In this document: positions 9,169-19,858 of the stretch, piece after piece
Layout of the letters: the number at the start of each line of letters is the position of its first letter
How positions within the stretch are numbered: position 1 is the first letter of the stretch
Source: Escherichia coli
GTDB lineage: Bacteria; Pseudomonadota; Gammaproteobacteria; Enterobacterales; Enterobacteriaceae
DNA length: 64,000 nt
NCBI RefSeq assembly: GCF_048403405.1
Contig: NZ_CP183129.1
Reading direction: 5' to 3' (one strand)
The notes under the pieces: model-generated
Told to the model about the DNA's origin: nothing
Databases searched by the model: none
The model's input: only the letters and a program-made list of their open reading frames with translations
Position numbers and translations under genes: made by a program

Positions 9169-10083
9169 ATGGCTGGTTTAAGGAATAATAACAACACACA
9201 GAATGCACAGTGGGCTGATTATGTGGGTGACATTCTTCGGGGGGCTCAACCGATAAACCAGCTAGTACCTCAGCACCCTTATCTTAACGACGTCCCACTC
9301 ATTGATGAATTAAGGCGTCAGAACACTCATCATGTTATTCTCTTGACACTTGATGTTGCAAAAAAAATACTCAGCTCAATAACATCATTTGATTACATTC
9401 ATTTTATCACTACACATCCTTCAGGTATAAAAGATACACTCGCTTGGTTAGTTAACGCGGGTAAATTAATGACTGAGTTTGATGGAAATGGGAAAATTAT
9501 ATTTAACTTTAATACCTTAAAGTATACAAAAGCAAGTTACTTTGAAATACTTGGAGAGAAATATATAAAAATTACAACATCCAGCCCCTGGCTTTTAGAA
9601 AAGCTCGGTAAATATATTTTCTCTTCACGAGCGCCTCAAGTTCTGGAACTCGCTATTGGCTGGCGAGGAGCTTTATCTGAATCAATAAAAGGAGTTAAGT
9701 TCTGTATCTGGTTTTCAGTAGCCTGGAGAACCATAGAATTTATTATGAGTTCAGAGCGAGATCTGGTTAATTTTCTTGGTGATTTTTCAATGGATGTGGC
9801 CAAAGCAGTGATTGCAGGCGGTGTTGCAACTGCTATTGGAAGCCTGGCTTCTTTTGCCTGTCTTAGTTTTGGCCTTCCAGTAATTCTTGTAGGAGGAGCA
9901 ATTTTACTTACAGGGATAGTGTGTACAGTTGTTTTAAATGAAATCGATGCTCAATACCATTTATCAGAAAAATTAAAAGATGCAATTAGAGATGGACTAA
10001 AACGGCAACAGGAACTTGATAAATGGAAAAGGGAAAACATGACTCCATTTATGTATGTTCTTAACACTTCCCCCGTGATATGA
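9169..10083 (+). CDS. Hypothetical protein; candidate Hcp-linked T6SS effector with C-terminal glycine-zipper hydrophobic helices
   Basis: ATG at 9169 with GGAG 7 nt upstream (tracked ORF begins at a TTG at 9154). AT-rich codon usage matching hcp. C-terminal segment VAKAVIAGGVATAIGSLASFACLSFGLPVILVGGAILLTGIVCTVVL. Function is inferred from context only. Confidence 0.55.
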   Translation: MAGLRNNNNTQNAQWADYVGDILRGAQPINQLVPQHPYLNDVPLIDELRRQNTHHVILLTLDVAKKILSSITSFDYIHFITTHPSGIKDTLAWLVNAGKLMTEFDGNGKIIFNFNTLKYTKASYFEILGEKYIKITTSSPWLLEKLGKYIFSSRAPQVLELAIGWRGALSESIKGVKFCIWFSVAWRTIEFIMSSERDLVNFLGDFSMDVAKAVIAGGVATAIGSLASFACLSFGLPVILVGGAILLTGIVCTVVLNEIDAQYHLSEKLKDAIRDGLKRQQELDKWKRENMTPFMYVLNTSPVI

Positions 10084-10247
10084 GGATTAACTATGCGTTT
10101 ACATGTTAAATTGAAAGAGTTTTTTTCGATGTTTTTTATAGCCATATTATTTTTCCCTGCATTCAATGCTTCTTTATTTTTTACCGGAATTAGGTGATGC
10201 TGCCAACTTACTGATTTAGTGTATGATGGTGTTTTTGAGGTGCTCCA

Positions 10248-10523
10248 GTGGCTTCTGTTTCTATCAGCTGTCCCTCCTGTTCAGCTACTGACGGGGTGGT
10301 GCGTAACGGCAAAAGCACCGCCGGACATCAGCGCTATCTCTGCTCTCACTGCCGTAAAACATGGCAACTGCAGTTCACTTACACCGCTTCTCAACCCGGT
10401 ACGCACCAGAAAATCATTGATATGGCCATGAATGGCGTTGGATGCCGGGCAACCGCCCGCATTATGGGCGTTGGCCTCAACACGATTTTCCGCCATTTAA
10501 AAAACTCAGGCCGCAGTCGGTAA
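10248..10523 (+). CDS. insA: IS1 InsA (transposition inhibitor / N-terminal part of transposase)
   Basis: 91-aa ORF beginning [43 protein letters not shown], inside IS1. Confidence 0.9.
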   Translation: MASVSISCPSCSATDGVVRNGKSTAGHQRYLCSHCRKTWQLQFTYTASQPGTHQKIIDMAMNGVGCRATARIMGVGLNTIFRHLKNSGRSR

Positions 10524-10945
10524 CCTCGCGCATACAGCCGGGCAGTGACGTCATCGTCTGCGCGGAAATGGACGAACAGTGGGGATACGTCGGGGCTAAA
10601 TCGCGCCAGCGCTGGCTGTTTTACGCGTATGACAGGCTCCGGAAGACGGTTGTTGCGCACGTATTCGGTGAACGCACTCTGGCCACACTGGAGCGTCTTC
10701 TAAGCCTGCTGTCGGCCTTTGAGGTCGTGGTATGGATGACGGATGGCTGGCCGCTGTATGAATCCCGCCTGAAGGGAAAGCTGCACGTAATCAGCAAGCG
10801 TTACACTCAGCGAATTGAGCGGCATAACCTGAATCTGAGACAACATCTGGCAAGGCTGGGACGGAAGTCACTGTCGTTCTCAAAATCGGTGGAGCTGCAT
10901 GACAAGGTCATCGGGCATTATCTGAACATAAAACACTATCAGTAA
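10442..10945 (+). CDS. insB: IS1 InsB reading frame (expressed as InsAB' transposase by -1 frameshifting)
   Basis: -1 frame ORF overlapping the end of insA, translation typical of IS1 InsB ([21 protein letters not shown]...). Confidence 0.88.
   Translation: MPGNRPHYGRWPQHDFPPFKKLRPQSVTSRIQPGSDVIVCAEMDEQWGYVGAKSRQRWLFYAYDRLRKTVVAHVFGERTLATLERLLSLLSAFEVVVWMTDGWPLYESRLKGKLHVISKRYTQRIERHNLNLRQHLARLGRKSLSFSKSVELHDKVIGHYLNIKHYQ
10496..10505 (+). promoter_or_regulatory. IS1 programmed -1 ribosomal frameshift site TTTAAAAAAC
   Basis: A6C motif lies in the insA/insB overlap; the IS1 frameshift mechanism is established knowledge. Confidence 0.8.
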
Positions 10946-11484
10946 GTTGGAGTCATTACCCGGAATTAAACCTCTATATTCAATAATAAAAGGCTCCACG
11001 GAAATATTTTATGATTGGAGAATGTTGATTCTATGCTTCGGTTTCATATCGTTTTCCTTGTTAAATATTCATGTAATTTTACTAACAATAATAAAATCAT
11101 TCTTAATAAAAAAAACAAAGGTAATCAATTTCGCCACAGACATAACAATACAGCTAACTCTTATATTTTTACTAATAGCTATCGTAATAGCACCTTTAAT
11201 AGCTCCTTTTGTCACAGGATATGTCAATGCTAATTGTCACCCCTGCGGTAATAACACGGGGATTTTCCCAGGAGCAATCTATATTAAAAATGGCATAAAA
11301 TGTAATAATGAACATATTTCTCGCAAGGAAGATTAAGCAGTTAAATAATTAAATATTCTAAAACAAACAGTTTTTAACGCCGGATTCCATGTCCTTTCTT
11401 GCACTGTCTTTGTCAGGAACAATTTCTTATGCAAAGAATTTTGTATTATTGCCGCCAGAAATTCCTGGCGGCAGATATAATTTA

Positions 11485-12270
11485 TTATTGATAGCGGTTA
11501 ACCAAATCTTTTACCATCGCTTTATAGGTCTTTTGCTTAAGTTGTATGATTTGCTGCTCTGTCATATCAGTCGTACTGGCTTCATTCTTGCCGGGAAATG
11601 GTGGAAGCACTTTATATTCATAATTCACCGGCGACCAGGCAGCCCACTCACCTGTAGCTACATCCACCAGCGTGAATCGCACCAGATAGCGCAGTGAGAT
11701 TGTGTTAGTCAGTTTTTCATTTTTATAATCGGACCATACTGTTGATTTCAGTGCAGTGTCATATTTTCCTGTCTGCAACGTATCCTGGTAAACAATAATC
11801 GCTTTCTGATGGCCTTTTGCCGCCACAAAACGTAATGCCTGCATCCAGTTCATATTTTCAGCACTGGCAACATCCTCGTTCTCATTTTTATCTTTGTTTT
11901 TGTTACAAGTCAGAGGCTTTTGTCTGTCCGGGATACCAGAGAATGTGGAAACAGTATAATATTTTCGCATCTCCTCCTGCATAATGGTTTCCGGTGCGCG
12001 ACTGCCAGACTGGACAAGTATTACGGGAGAATTGAGAGGCACACGAAACTCATCTCCTTCAAGCGCAGCCTGAATATCCTCCTCGGATACAGCCAGAGTG
12101 GTTTCATTACCGAATAAATCTTTGTCTGTCAGTTGCGGGGGAATGTTTTTATTAATATTACTTTGTGTAACTTGAACTTTTTTCTTTTTTTCATCAATAG
12201 AAGATTGAGAGGCACATCCTGCAAGCAGCGAGAATAATACACATATGCAACAAACCTTTTTTGAATTCAT
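11485..12270 (-). CDS. yafT: Lipoprotein YafT
   Basis: 261 aa with lipobox LLAGC after a signal peptide; lies next to aspV as yafT does in K-12. Confidence 0.8.
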   Translation of the reverse strand: MNSKKVCCICVLFSLLAGCASQSSIDEKKKKVQVTQSNINKNIPPQLTDKDLFGNETTLAVSEEDIQAALEGDEFRVPLNSPVILVQSGSRAPETIMQEEMRKYYTVSTFSGIPDRQKPLTCNKNKDKNENEDVASAENMNWMQALRFVAAKGHQKAIIVYQDTLQTGKYDTALKSTVWSDYKNEKLTNTISLRYLVRFTLVDVATGEWAAWSPVNYEYKVLPPFPGKNEASTTDMTEQQIIQLKQKTYKAMVKDLVNRYQ

Positions 12271-12536
12271 AATCGGACACTCCCTCGCCTGTCATAATGA
12301 TTAGAATATTTAGCACTGATAACGGACTCTAATTATATACCCCACTTAAATAATAACAAACAAAATCAACATGAAATATACATTCATTTAATCAATATAA
12401 AATTATTCACTAAAAATATATTTAAGTTGAATGGTTCGATATCATTATTGAATTTTAATAAATGAGACAACAAGCGAGAGTTACGCACTTACGCCAGAGT
12501 AAAATCATTGAACAGAGAAATATCGTGATTTAAATG

Positions 12537-12569
12537 CAAAAAAACCGCAAAATTAAAAATTTTGCGGTT
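12537..12569 (-). terminator. Rho-independent terminator downstream of aspV
   Basis: Palindrome AACCGCAAAATT/AATTTTGCGGTT followed on the minus strand by a T-run. Confidence 0.6.
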
Positions 12570-12596
12570 CTCTGAACTCATTTTCATGAGTGAATT

Positions 12597-12673
12597 TGGC
12601 GGAACGGACGGGACTCGAACCCGCGACCCCCTGCGTGACAGGCAGGTATTCTAACCGACTGAACTACCGCTCC
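12597..12673 (-). tRNA. aspV: tRNA-Asp (GTC)
   Basis: Reverse complement reads GGAGCGGTAGTTCAGTCGGTTAGAATACCTGCCTGTCACGCAGGGGGTCGCGGGTTCGAGTCCCGTCCGTTCCGCCA. Confidence 0.97.
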
Positions 12674-12696
12674 GCGTTGTGTTCCGTTGGGAACGA

Positions 12697-12731
12697 GGCG
12701 AATATTACGGATTGCCTCACCCTTCGTCAAC
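12697..12731 (-). promoter_or_regulatory. Putative aspV promoter (TTGACG, 17-nt spacer, TAATAT)
   Basis: On the minus strand, -35 at 12725-12730 and -10 at 12703-12708, followed by a GC-rich discriminator before the tRNA 5' end. Confidence 0.5.
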
Positions 12732-12805
12732 GGTTTTTCTCATCTTTTGAATCGTTTGCTGCAAAAATCGCCCAAGTCGCTATTTTTAGCGCCTTTTACA
12801 GGTAT

Positions 12806-13537
12806 TTATGCCCGCCAGAGGCAGCTTCCGCCCTTTTTCTGCACCAGATCGAGACGGGCTTCATGTGCCGCAAGCTCTTCATCTGTCGCAAAAACAACGC
12901 GTAACTTACTTGCCTGACGCACAATGCGCTGAATTGTTGTTTCACCTTGTTGCTGTTGTGTCTCTCCTTCCATCGCAAAAGCCATCGACGTTTGACCACC
13001 AGTCATCGCCAGATAAACTTCCGCAAGGATCTGGGCATCGAGTAATGCCCCGTGCAACGTTCGTTTACTGTTATCTATTTCGTAGCGGGCACATAACGCA
13101 TCGAGGCTGTTGCGCTTACCGGGAAACATTCTCCTCGCCACCGCAAGGCTATCGGTGACCTTACAGAAGGTATTGGTCTTCGGAATATCGCGCTTAAGCA
13201 ACGAAAACTCGTAGTCCATAAAGCCGATATCGAACGCTGCGTTATGGATCACCAACTCCGCGCCGCGAATATAGTCCATGAACTCATCGGCTACTTCGGC
13301 AAACGTGGGCTTATCGAGCAAAAATTCATCGGCAATACCATGTACGCCAAAGGCTTCCGGATCCACCAGCCGATCGGGTTTGAGATAAACATGGAAGTTA
13401 TTGCCCGTCAGGCGACGGTTCACCACTTCAACGGCACCAATCTCAATGATCTTGTGGCCTTCATAGTGCGCGCCAATCTGGTTCATACCGGTGGTTTCGG
13501 TATCGAGAACGATCTGGCGTGTAATTGCAGTGCTCAT
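12806..13537 (-). CDS. dnaQ: DNA polymerase III epsilon subunit (3'-5' proofreading exonuclease)
   Basis: Translation [20 protein letters not shown]...GGSCLWRA, 243 aa. Confidence 0.97.
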
Positions 13538-13601
13538 AGCGGTCATTTATGTCAGACTTATCGTTTTACAGTTCGATTCAATTACAGGAAGTCTACCAGA
13601 G

Positions 13602-14069
13602 ATGCTTAAACAGGTAGAAATTTTCACCGATGGTTCGTGTCTGGGTAATCCAGGACCTGGGGGTTACGGCGCTATTTTACGCTATCGCGGACGCGAGAAA
13701 ACCTTTAGCGCAGGCTACACCCGCACCACCAACAACCGTATGGAGTTGATGGCCGCTATTGTCGCGCTGGAGGCGTTAAAAGAACATTGCGAAGTCATTT
13801 TGAGTACCGACAGCCAGTATGTCCGCCAGGGTATCACCCAGTGGATCCATAACTGGAAAAAACGTGGCTGGAAAACCGCAGACAAAAAACCAGTAAAAAA
13901 TGTCGATCTCTGGCAACGTCTTGATGCTGCGCTGGGGCAGCATCAAATCAAATGGGAATGGGTTAAAGGCCATGCCGGTCATCCAGAAAACGAACGTTGC
14001 GATGAACTGGCTCGTGCCGCAGCGATGAATCCCACACTGGAAGATACGGGCTATCAAGTCGAAGTTTAA
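13602..14069 (+). CDS. rnhA: Ribonuclease HI
   Basis: Translation [23 protein letters not shown]...TGYQVEV, 155 aa; divergent from dnaQ. Confidence 0.97.
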
Positions 14070-14791
14070 GCCTGTGGTTTACGACATTGCCGGGTGGCTC
14101 CAACCGCCTGGCGAATTCGTGGCTTGTTTTTACTCTGTTTCATCGGATTTAGCGTTAAAGGAATAGTCCGTTTCCGGGCGACAATAAGTTGTAAGCAACC
14201 AAGCGCAGGAATATGCGCATTCAATAGTTTTCCACCGTGTTTGTTCCACGGGAGAACGTGGAAACGGCTGGCGTGTAGCACTTCAAAATTCAACAAAGAG
14301 AGCCAGTCCAGCTGCCGCATCAGAGTAAACATCCGGCTATTATAGGGCGAGGTTTTGCGCAATACCGGCACAAGTTTTCGTAATCCCATTAAACTGATGG
14401 GATTGAAGCCACTAATCACCAGCCAGCCATCATCAATCAATACCCGATCGGCTTCACGCAATAAACGATGCGGATCGGTGCACCATGGCAATGTATGTGC
14501 CAGTAGACAAACATCAACGGATTTATCGGCAAAAGGAAGATGAAGTGGGTCCGCCTGCACCTGGACGGGCAGTCCTTGCGCAGAAACATTCACTTGATGA
14601 GAAACCGCGCACGCTTCGCAATTGATTTCTGCGCTTAAATTGCCAATCTTAAGCAGATGAAAACCATACATTTTAGTGAACCACGGGTTGAGCTGGCGCT
14701 CCAGCGCCTTGCGATAAAGCTCTCCCCAGGGCAAATCGCCCCAGCAATCAGGAGCCACGACAGTTTGAGGGACTCTTGCCGGTTTCATCAC
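14066..14791 (-). CDS. yafS: SAM-dependent methyltransferase YafS
   Basis: ~240-aa ORF at the position of yafS; first codon may be one Met downstream. Confidence 0.8.
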
Positions 14792-14818
14792 AACCTTCCG
14801 TTTCGCACTGAGAGGTAA

Positions 14819-15577
<759 letters not shown>

Positions 15578-15648
15578 TAAAACTTTCTTGTCATCGGCTC
15601 CGTTCGCCGTTATGATCGGTCGTCTTTTAAGCAACTATTGACACACAC

Positions 15649-17007
15649 ATGAAGGCAAAAGCGATATTACTCGCCTCTGTCCTGCTCGTGGGTTGCCAGA
15701 GTACCGGCAACGTTCAACAGCACGCACAGAGCCTTTCTGCAGCTGGTCAAGGGGAAGCAGCAAAGTTTACAAGTCAGGCACGATGGATGGACGATGGGAC
15801 GTCTATCGCGCCAGATGGTGACTTGTGGGCTTTCATTGGCGACGAGCTAAAGATGGGAATTCCGGAAAATGACCGGATTCGCGAACAGAAACAGAAATAT
15901 TTACGCAATAAGAGCTATCTCCACGATGTAACTTTACGGGCAGAGCCGTATATGTACTGGATAGCCGGGCAAGTTAAAAAACGTAACATGCCTATGGAAC
16001 TGGTACTACTACCCATAGTGGAGAGCGCTTTTGATCCTCACGCAACGTCTGGCGCCAATGCCGCAGGCATCTGGCAGATCATTCCGAGCACGGGGCGCAA
16101 TTATGGTTTGAAACAGACCCGCAATTATGACGCGCGTCGCGATGTTGTTGCTTCAACAACTGCCGCGCTGAACATGATGCAGCGTCTGAACAAAATGTTT
16201 GACGGCGACTGGCTTCTGACCGTAGCGGCTTATAACAGCGGCGAAGGTCGGGTCATGAAGGCAATTAAAACGAACAAAGCGCGTGGGAAATCCACGGACT
16301 TCTGGTCGTTACCGTTGCCGCAAGAAACGAAGCAGTACGTGCCTAAAATGCTGGCATTGAGTGATATTCTCAAAAACAGCAAGCGTTATGGCGTACGTCT
16401 GCCAACGACCGATGAAAGCCGTGCTCTGGCGCGTGTGCACCTGAGCAGCCCGGTTGAAATGGCGAAGGTTGCAGATATGGCGGGGATTTCCGTCAGCAAG
16501 CTGAAGACATTCAACGCTGGCGTGAAAGGCTCCACGCTGGGCGCAAGTGGTCCGCAGTACGTGATGGTGCCAAAGAAGCATGCAGATCAACTGCGTGAAT
16601 CTCTGGCTTCGGGCGAAATTGCTGCTGTACAGTCGACGCTGGTTGCCGACAATACGCCGCTTAACAGCCGTGTTTACACCGTACGCTCTGGCGACACGCT
16701 TTCAAGCATCGCTTCACGTCTCGGCGTAAGCACCAAAGATTTGCAGCAGTGGAACAAACTGCGCGGCTCTAAGCTGAAACCAGGCCAAAGTCTGACGATT
16801 GGCGCAGGTAGTAGCGCACAGCGGTTGGCAAACAACAGCGATAGCATTACTTATCGTGTGCGCAAAGGCGATTCGCTTTCAAGCATTGCTAAACGCCACG
16901 GCGTGAACATCAAAGATGTGATGCGCTGGAACAGCGATACTGCGAATCTGCAACCAGGCGATAAGCTGACGTTGTTTGTGAAAAACAACAACATGCCAGA
17001 TTCCTGA
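15649..17007 (+). CDS. mltD: Membrane-bound lytic murein transglycosylase D
   Basis: 452 aa, lipoprotein signal (LLVGC), transglycosylase domain and C-terminal LysM repeats. Confidence 0.93.
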   Translation: MKAKAILLASVLLVGCQSTGNVQQHAQSLSAAGQGEAAKFTSQARWMDDGTSIAPDGDLWAFIGDELKMGIPENDRIREQKQKYLRNKSYLHDVTLRAEPYMYWIAGQVKKRNMPMELVLLPIVESAFDPHATSGANAAGIWQIIPSTGRNYGLKQTRNYDARRDVVASTTAALNMMQRLNKMFDGDWLLTVAAYNSGEGRVMKAIKTNKARGKSTDFWSLPLPQETKQYVPKMLALSDILKNSKRYGVRLPTTDESRALARVHLSSPVEMAKVADMAGISVSKLKTFNAGVKGSTLGASGPQYVMVPKKHADQLRESLASGEIAAVQSTLVADNTPLNSRVYTVRSGDTLSSIASRLGVSTKDLQQWNKLRGSKLKPGQSLTIGAGSSAQRLANNSDSITYRVRKGDSLSSIAKRHGVNIKDVMRWNSDTANLQPGDKLTLFVKNNNMPDS

Positions 17008-17024
17008 CAAACCAGATAATGAAA

Positions 17025-17053
17025 GGCACCGATTCCCCCGGTGCCATTTTTTA
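17025..17053 (+). terminator. Rho-independent terminator after mltD
   Basis: Hairpin GGCACCGATTCCCCCGGTGCC followed by ATTTTTTATTT. Confidence 0.65.
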
Positions 17054-17054
17054 T

Positions 17055-17825
17055 TTATGCTGCTTTATGTGCTTCTACCATGATGATATCACTGGTGAAA
17101 GAGCCATCATTCTGCAAGGCAAAATACGTTTTCACCTCTGTCGATGCGCTCTGTTGGTAAATGCGAATAGCGTCTACTAACGCTTCTGGCGTACGCATTC
17201 TCGCGACCCATGAAGAAAATTCCAGCGGTAACTTATCTGTAATTAAATTATCAACTATCAGATTGGCTTCATTGATTAACGTCAACCACTCACCGCTGGC
17301 GTAGTTTCGTACGTGAGAGGTATCGCGTAATGCTTCTACCGTCTGTAACCAGATGTCGCGCACTGGATGACCCGGAGACATTACGTCCATCACAATCAGC
17401 CTACCGCCGGGTTTCAATACCCGATTCACTTCACGCAGTGCTGCACCAACATCATGCCAGTGATGGGCAGAATAACGGCTGATAACAATATCAAATGCGT
17501 TATCGGCAAATGGCAGACTTTCGACATAACCCTGGCGGGTGGTGATATTTTTCAGTTGCCGGGCTTCGGCAGCTTGTGCCACGACATCCAGCATGTGGGC
17601 AGATAAGTCATACGCCACCACCGCGCTCACGTTCTGCGCAGCGACAAAGCTGGCATGCCCTGCTCCGCAGCCCATATCAAGTACACTTGCATCAGGATAA
17701 TCAGCCAGACGCACCGCCAGGCGCTGTAAATCCCGTCCGGATGCATGTACGGTACTAGTCAGATATTCGCTAGCTTGAGAGCTAAACTGCTTTTCTACGT
17801 GGTCATGGTGGGATTGTGTTGTCAT
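17055..17825 (-). CDS. yafE: SAM-dependent methyltransferase (UbiE/COQ5-like) YafE
   Basis: Methyltransferase motif LDMGCGAGH; true start may be internal to the tracked ORF. Confidence 0.7.
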   Translation of the reverse strand: MTTQSHHDHVEKQFSSQASEYLTSTVHASGRDLQRLAVRLADYPDASVLDMGCGAGHASFVAAQNVSAVVAYDLSAHMLDVVAQAAEARQLKNITTRQGYVESLPFADNAFDIVISRYSAHHWHDVGAALREVNRVLKPGGRLIVMDVMSPGHPVRDIWLQTVEALRDTSHVRNYASGEWLTLINEANLIVDNLITDKLPLEFSSWVARMRTPEALVDAIRIYQQSASTEVKTYFALQNDGSFTSDIIMVEAHKAA

Positions 17826-17902
17826 TGCGCTGTCCTTTTGTTGTTTGAGTATAAAAGGGCAGCGCCAAACGTTGGTCTGCCCTGTGGCAGACCTGACATA
17901 CC

Positions 17903-18754
<852 letters not shown>

Positions 18755-18943
18755 CTACTGTTATAGGGATTTTAGCTCACTCTTTCAACGAGCAATTGTA
18801 TATTGTTATGTAAGCAAGTGCTTACACCGGTCAGAATTTTGCTCATTATCGAGAACATTAAATCGGATGACATATCACGCATCCTGATGGTTTAATGACA
18901 AATAAATTCAAAATATCTCTTCTATTTTGCAATAGGAGCAAAA

Positions 18944-19858
18944 ATGAAAGCCACGTCGGAAGAACTCGCCATTTTTGTTTCGGTCGTCGAAAGCGGCAGC
19001 TTTAGCCGGGCAGCGGAACAATTAGGGCAAGCAAACTCAGCGGTAAGCCGGGCGGTGAAAAAGCTGGAGATGAAACTTGGCGTTAGCCTGCTTAATCGGA
19101 CCACGCGACAACTTAGCCTGACGGAAGAAGGCGAGCGTTATTTTCGTCGCGTACAGTCAATTTTGCAGGAGATGGCAGCGGCAGAATCAGAAATTATGGA
19201 GACGCGTAATACACCGCGTGGACTGTTACGGATCGATGCCGCAACTCCAGTGGTGCTGCACTTTCTGATGCCGTTGATTAAGCCTTTTCGTGAACGCTAT
19301 CCGGAAGTCACTTTATCACTAGTCTCCTCCGAAACGATTATTAATTTGATCGAAAGAAAAGTGGATGTCGCGATACGCGCCGGTACGTTAACGGATTCCA
19401 GCTTACGTGCCAGGCCGTTATTTAACAGTTATCGAAAAATTATAGCCTCCCCCGATTATATTTCCCGCTATGGGAAGCCAGAAACGATCAACGATTTAAA
19501 GCAACATGTTTGCCTGGGATTCACTGAACCCGCTTCCCTCAATACCTGGCCGATAGCCTGTAGCGATGGACAATTACATGAGGTGAAGTACGGTTTGTCA
19601 TCCAATAGTGGGGAAACACTGAAACAGCTTTGCCTGAGTGGCAACGGGATTGCGTGTTTGTCCGACTACATGATCGACAGAGAAATCGCTCGCGGAGAAT
19701 TGGTGGAGTTAATGGCAGATAAAGTGTTGCCAGTGGAAATGCCATTCAGTGCAGTCTATTACAGCGACCGTGCGGTAAGTACGCGCATCCGGGCTTTTAT
19801 CGATTTCCTTAGCGAGCATGTAAAAACAGCTCCCGGAGGAGCTGTCAGAGAGGCTTAA
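18944..19858 (+). CDS. yafC: LysR-family transcriptional regulator YafC
   Basis: 304 aa with N-terminal helix-turn-helix ([23 protein letters not shown]). Confidence 0.88.
   Translation: MKATSEELAIFVSVVESGSFSRAAEQLGQANSAVSRAVKKLEMKLGVSLLNRTTRQLSLTEEGERYFRRVQSILQEMAAAESEIMETRNTPRGLLRIDAATPVVLHFLMPLIKPFRERYPEVTLSLVSSETIINLIERKVDVAIRAGTLTDSSLRARPLFNSYRKIIASPDYISRYGKPETINDLKQHVCLGFTEPASLNTWPIACSDGQLHEVKYGLSSNSGETLKQLCLSGNGIACLSDYMIDREIARGELVELMADKVLPVEMPFSAVYYSDRAVSTRIRAFIDFLSEHVKTAPGGAVREA

Larger units (their letters stand above)
10193..10960 (+). mobile_element. IS1 insertion sequence (768 bp), complete, flanked by 8-bp direct repeats CGGAATTA (10185-10192 and 10961-10968)
   Basis: Left end GGTGATGCTGCCAACTTACTGAT and right end AAGTTGGAGTCATTACC recognised from recalled IS1 sequence. 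Contains insA and insB with the A6C slippery site. Confidence 0.93.
10093..11336 (+). pseudogene. Small polytopic membrane protein gene (candidate immunity protein) interrupted by IS1; exons 10093-10192 and 10969-11336
   Basis: ATG at 10093 with AGGA RBS, 9 bp after the upstream stop. Removing IS1 plus one copy of the 8-bp duplication (776 bp) joins the 33 upstream codons in frame to the 10947-11336 ORF, giving a ~156-aa hydrophobic protein. Confidence 0.6.

Noticed and set aside
10193-10960. IS1 as part of a composite transposon
   Set aside because: Only one IS1 copy is present in the window, and its own 8-bp target duplication indicates a simple insertion.
11389-11697. 102-aa ORF on the plus strand overlapping the 3' end of yafT
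   Set aside because: Overlaps the better-supported yafT lipoprotein gene and has no supporting features.
12271-12805. Searched the aspV flanks for an integrase, prophage genes or att direct repeats
   Set aside because: None found in the window; the tRNA is flanked by yafT on one side and dnaQ on the other.
12808-13158. 116-aa ORF antisense to dnaQ
   Set aside because: Lies entirely within dnaQ on the opposite strand; dnaQ is unambiguous.
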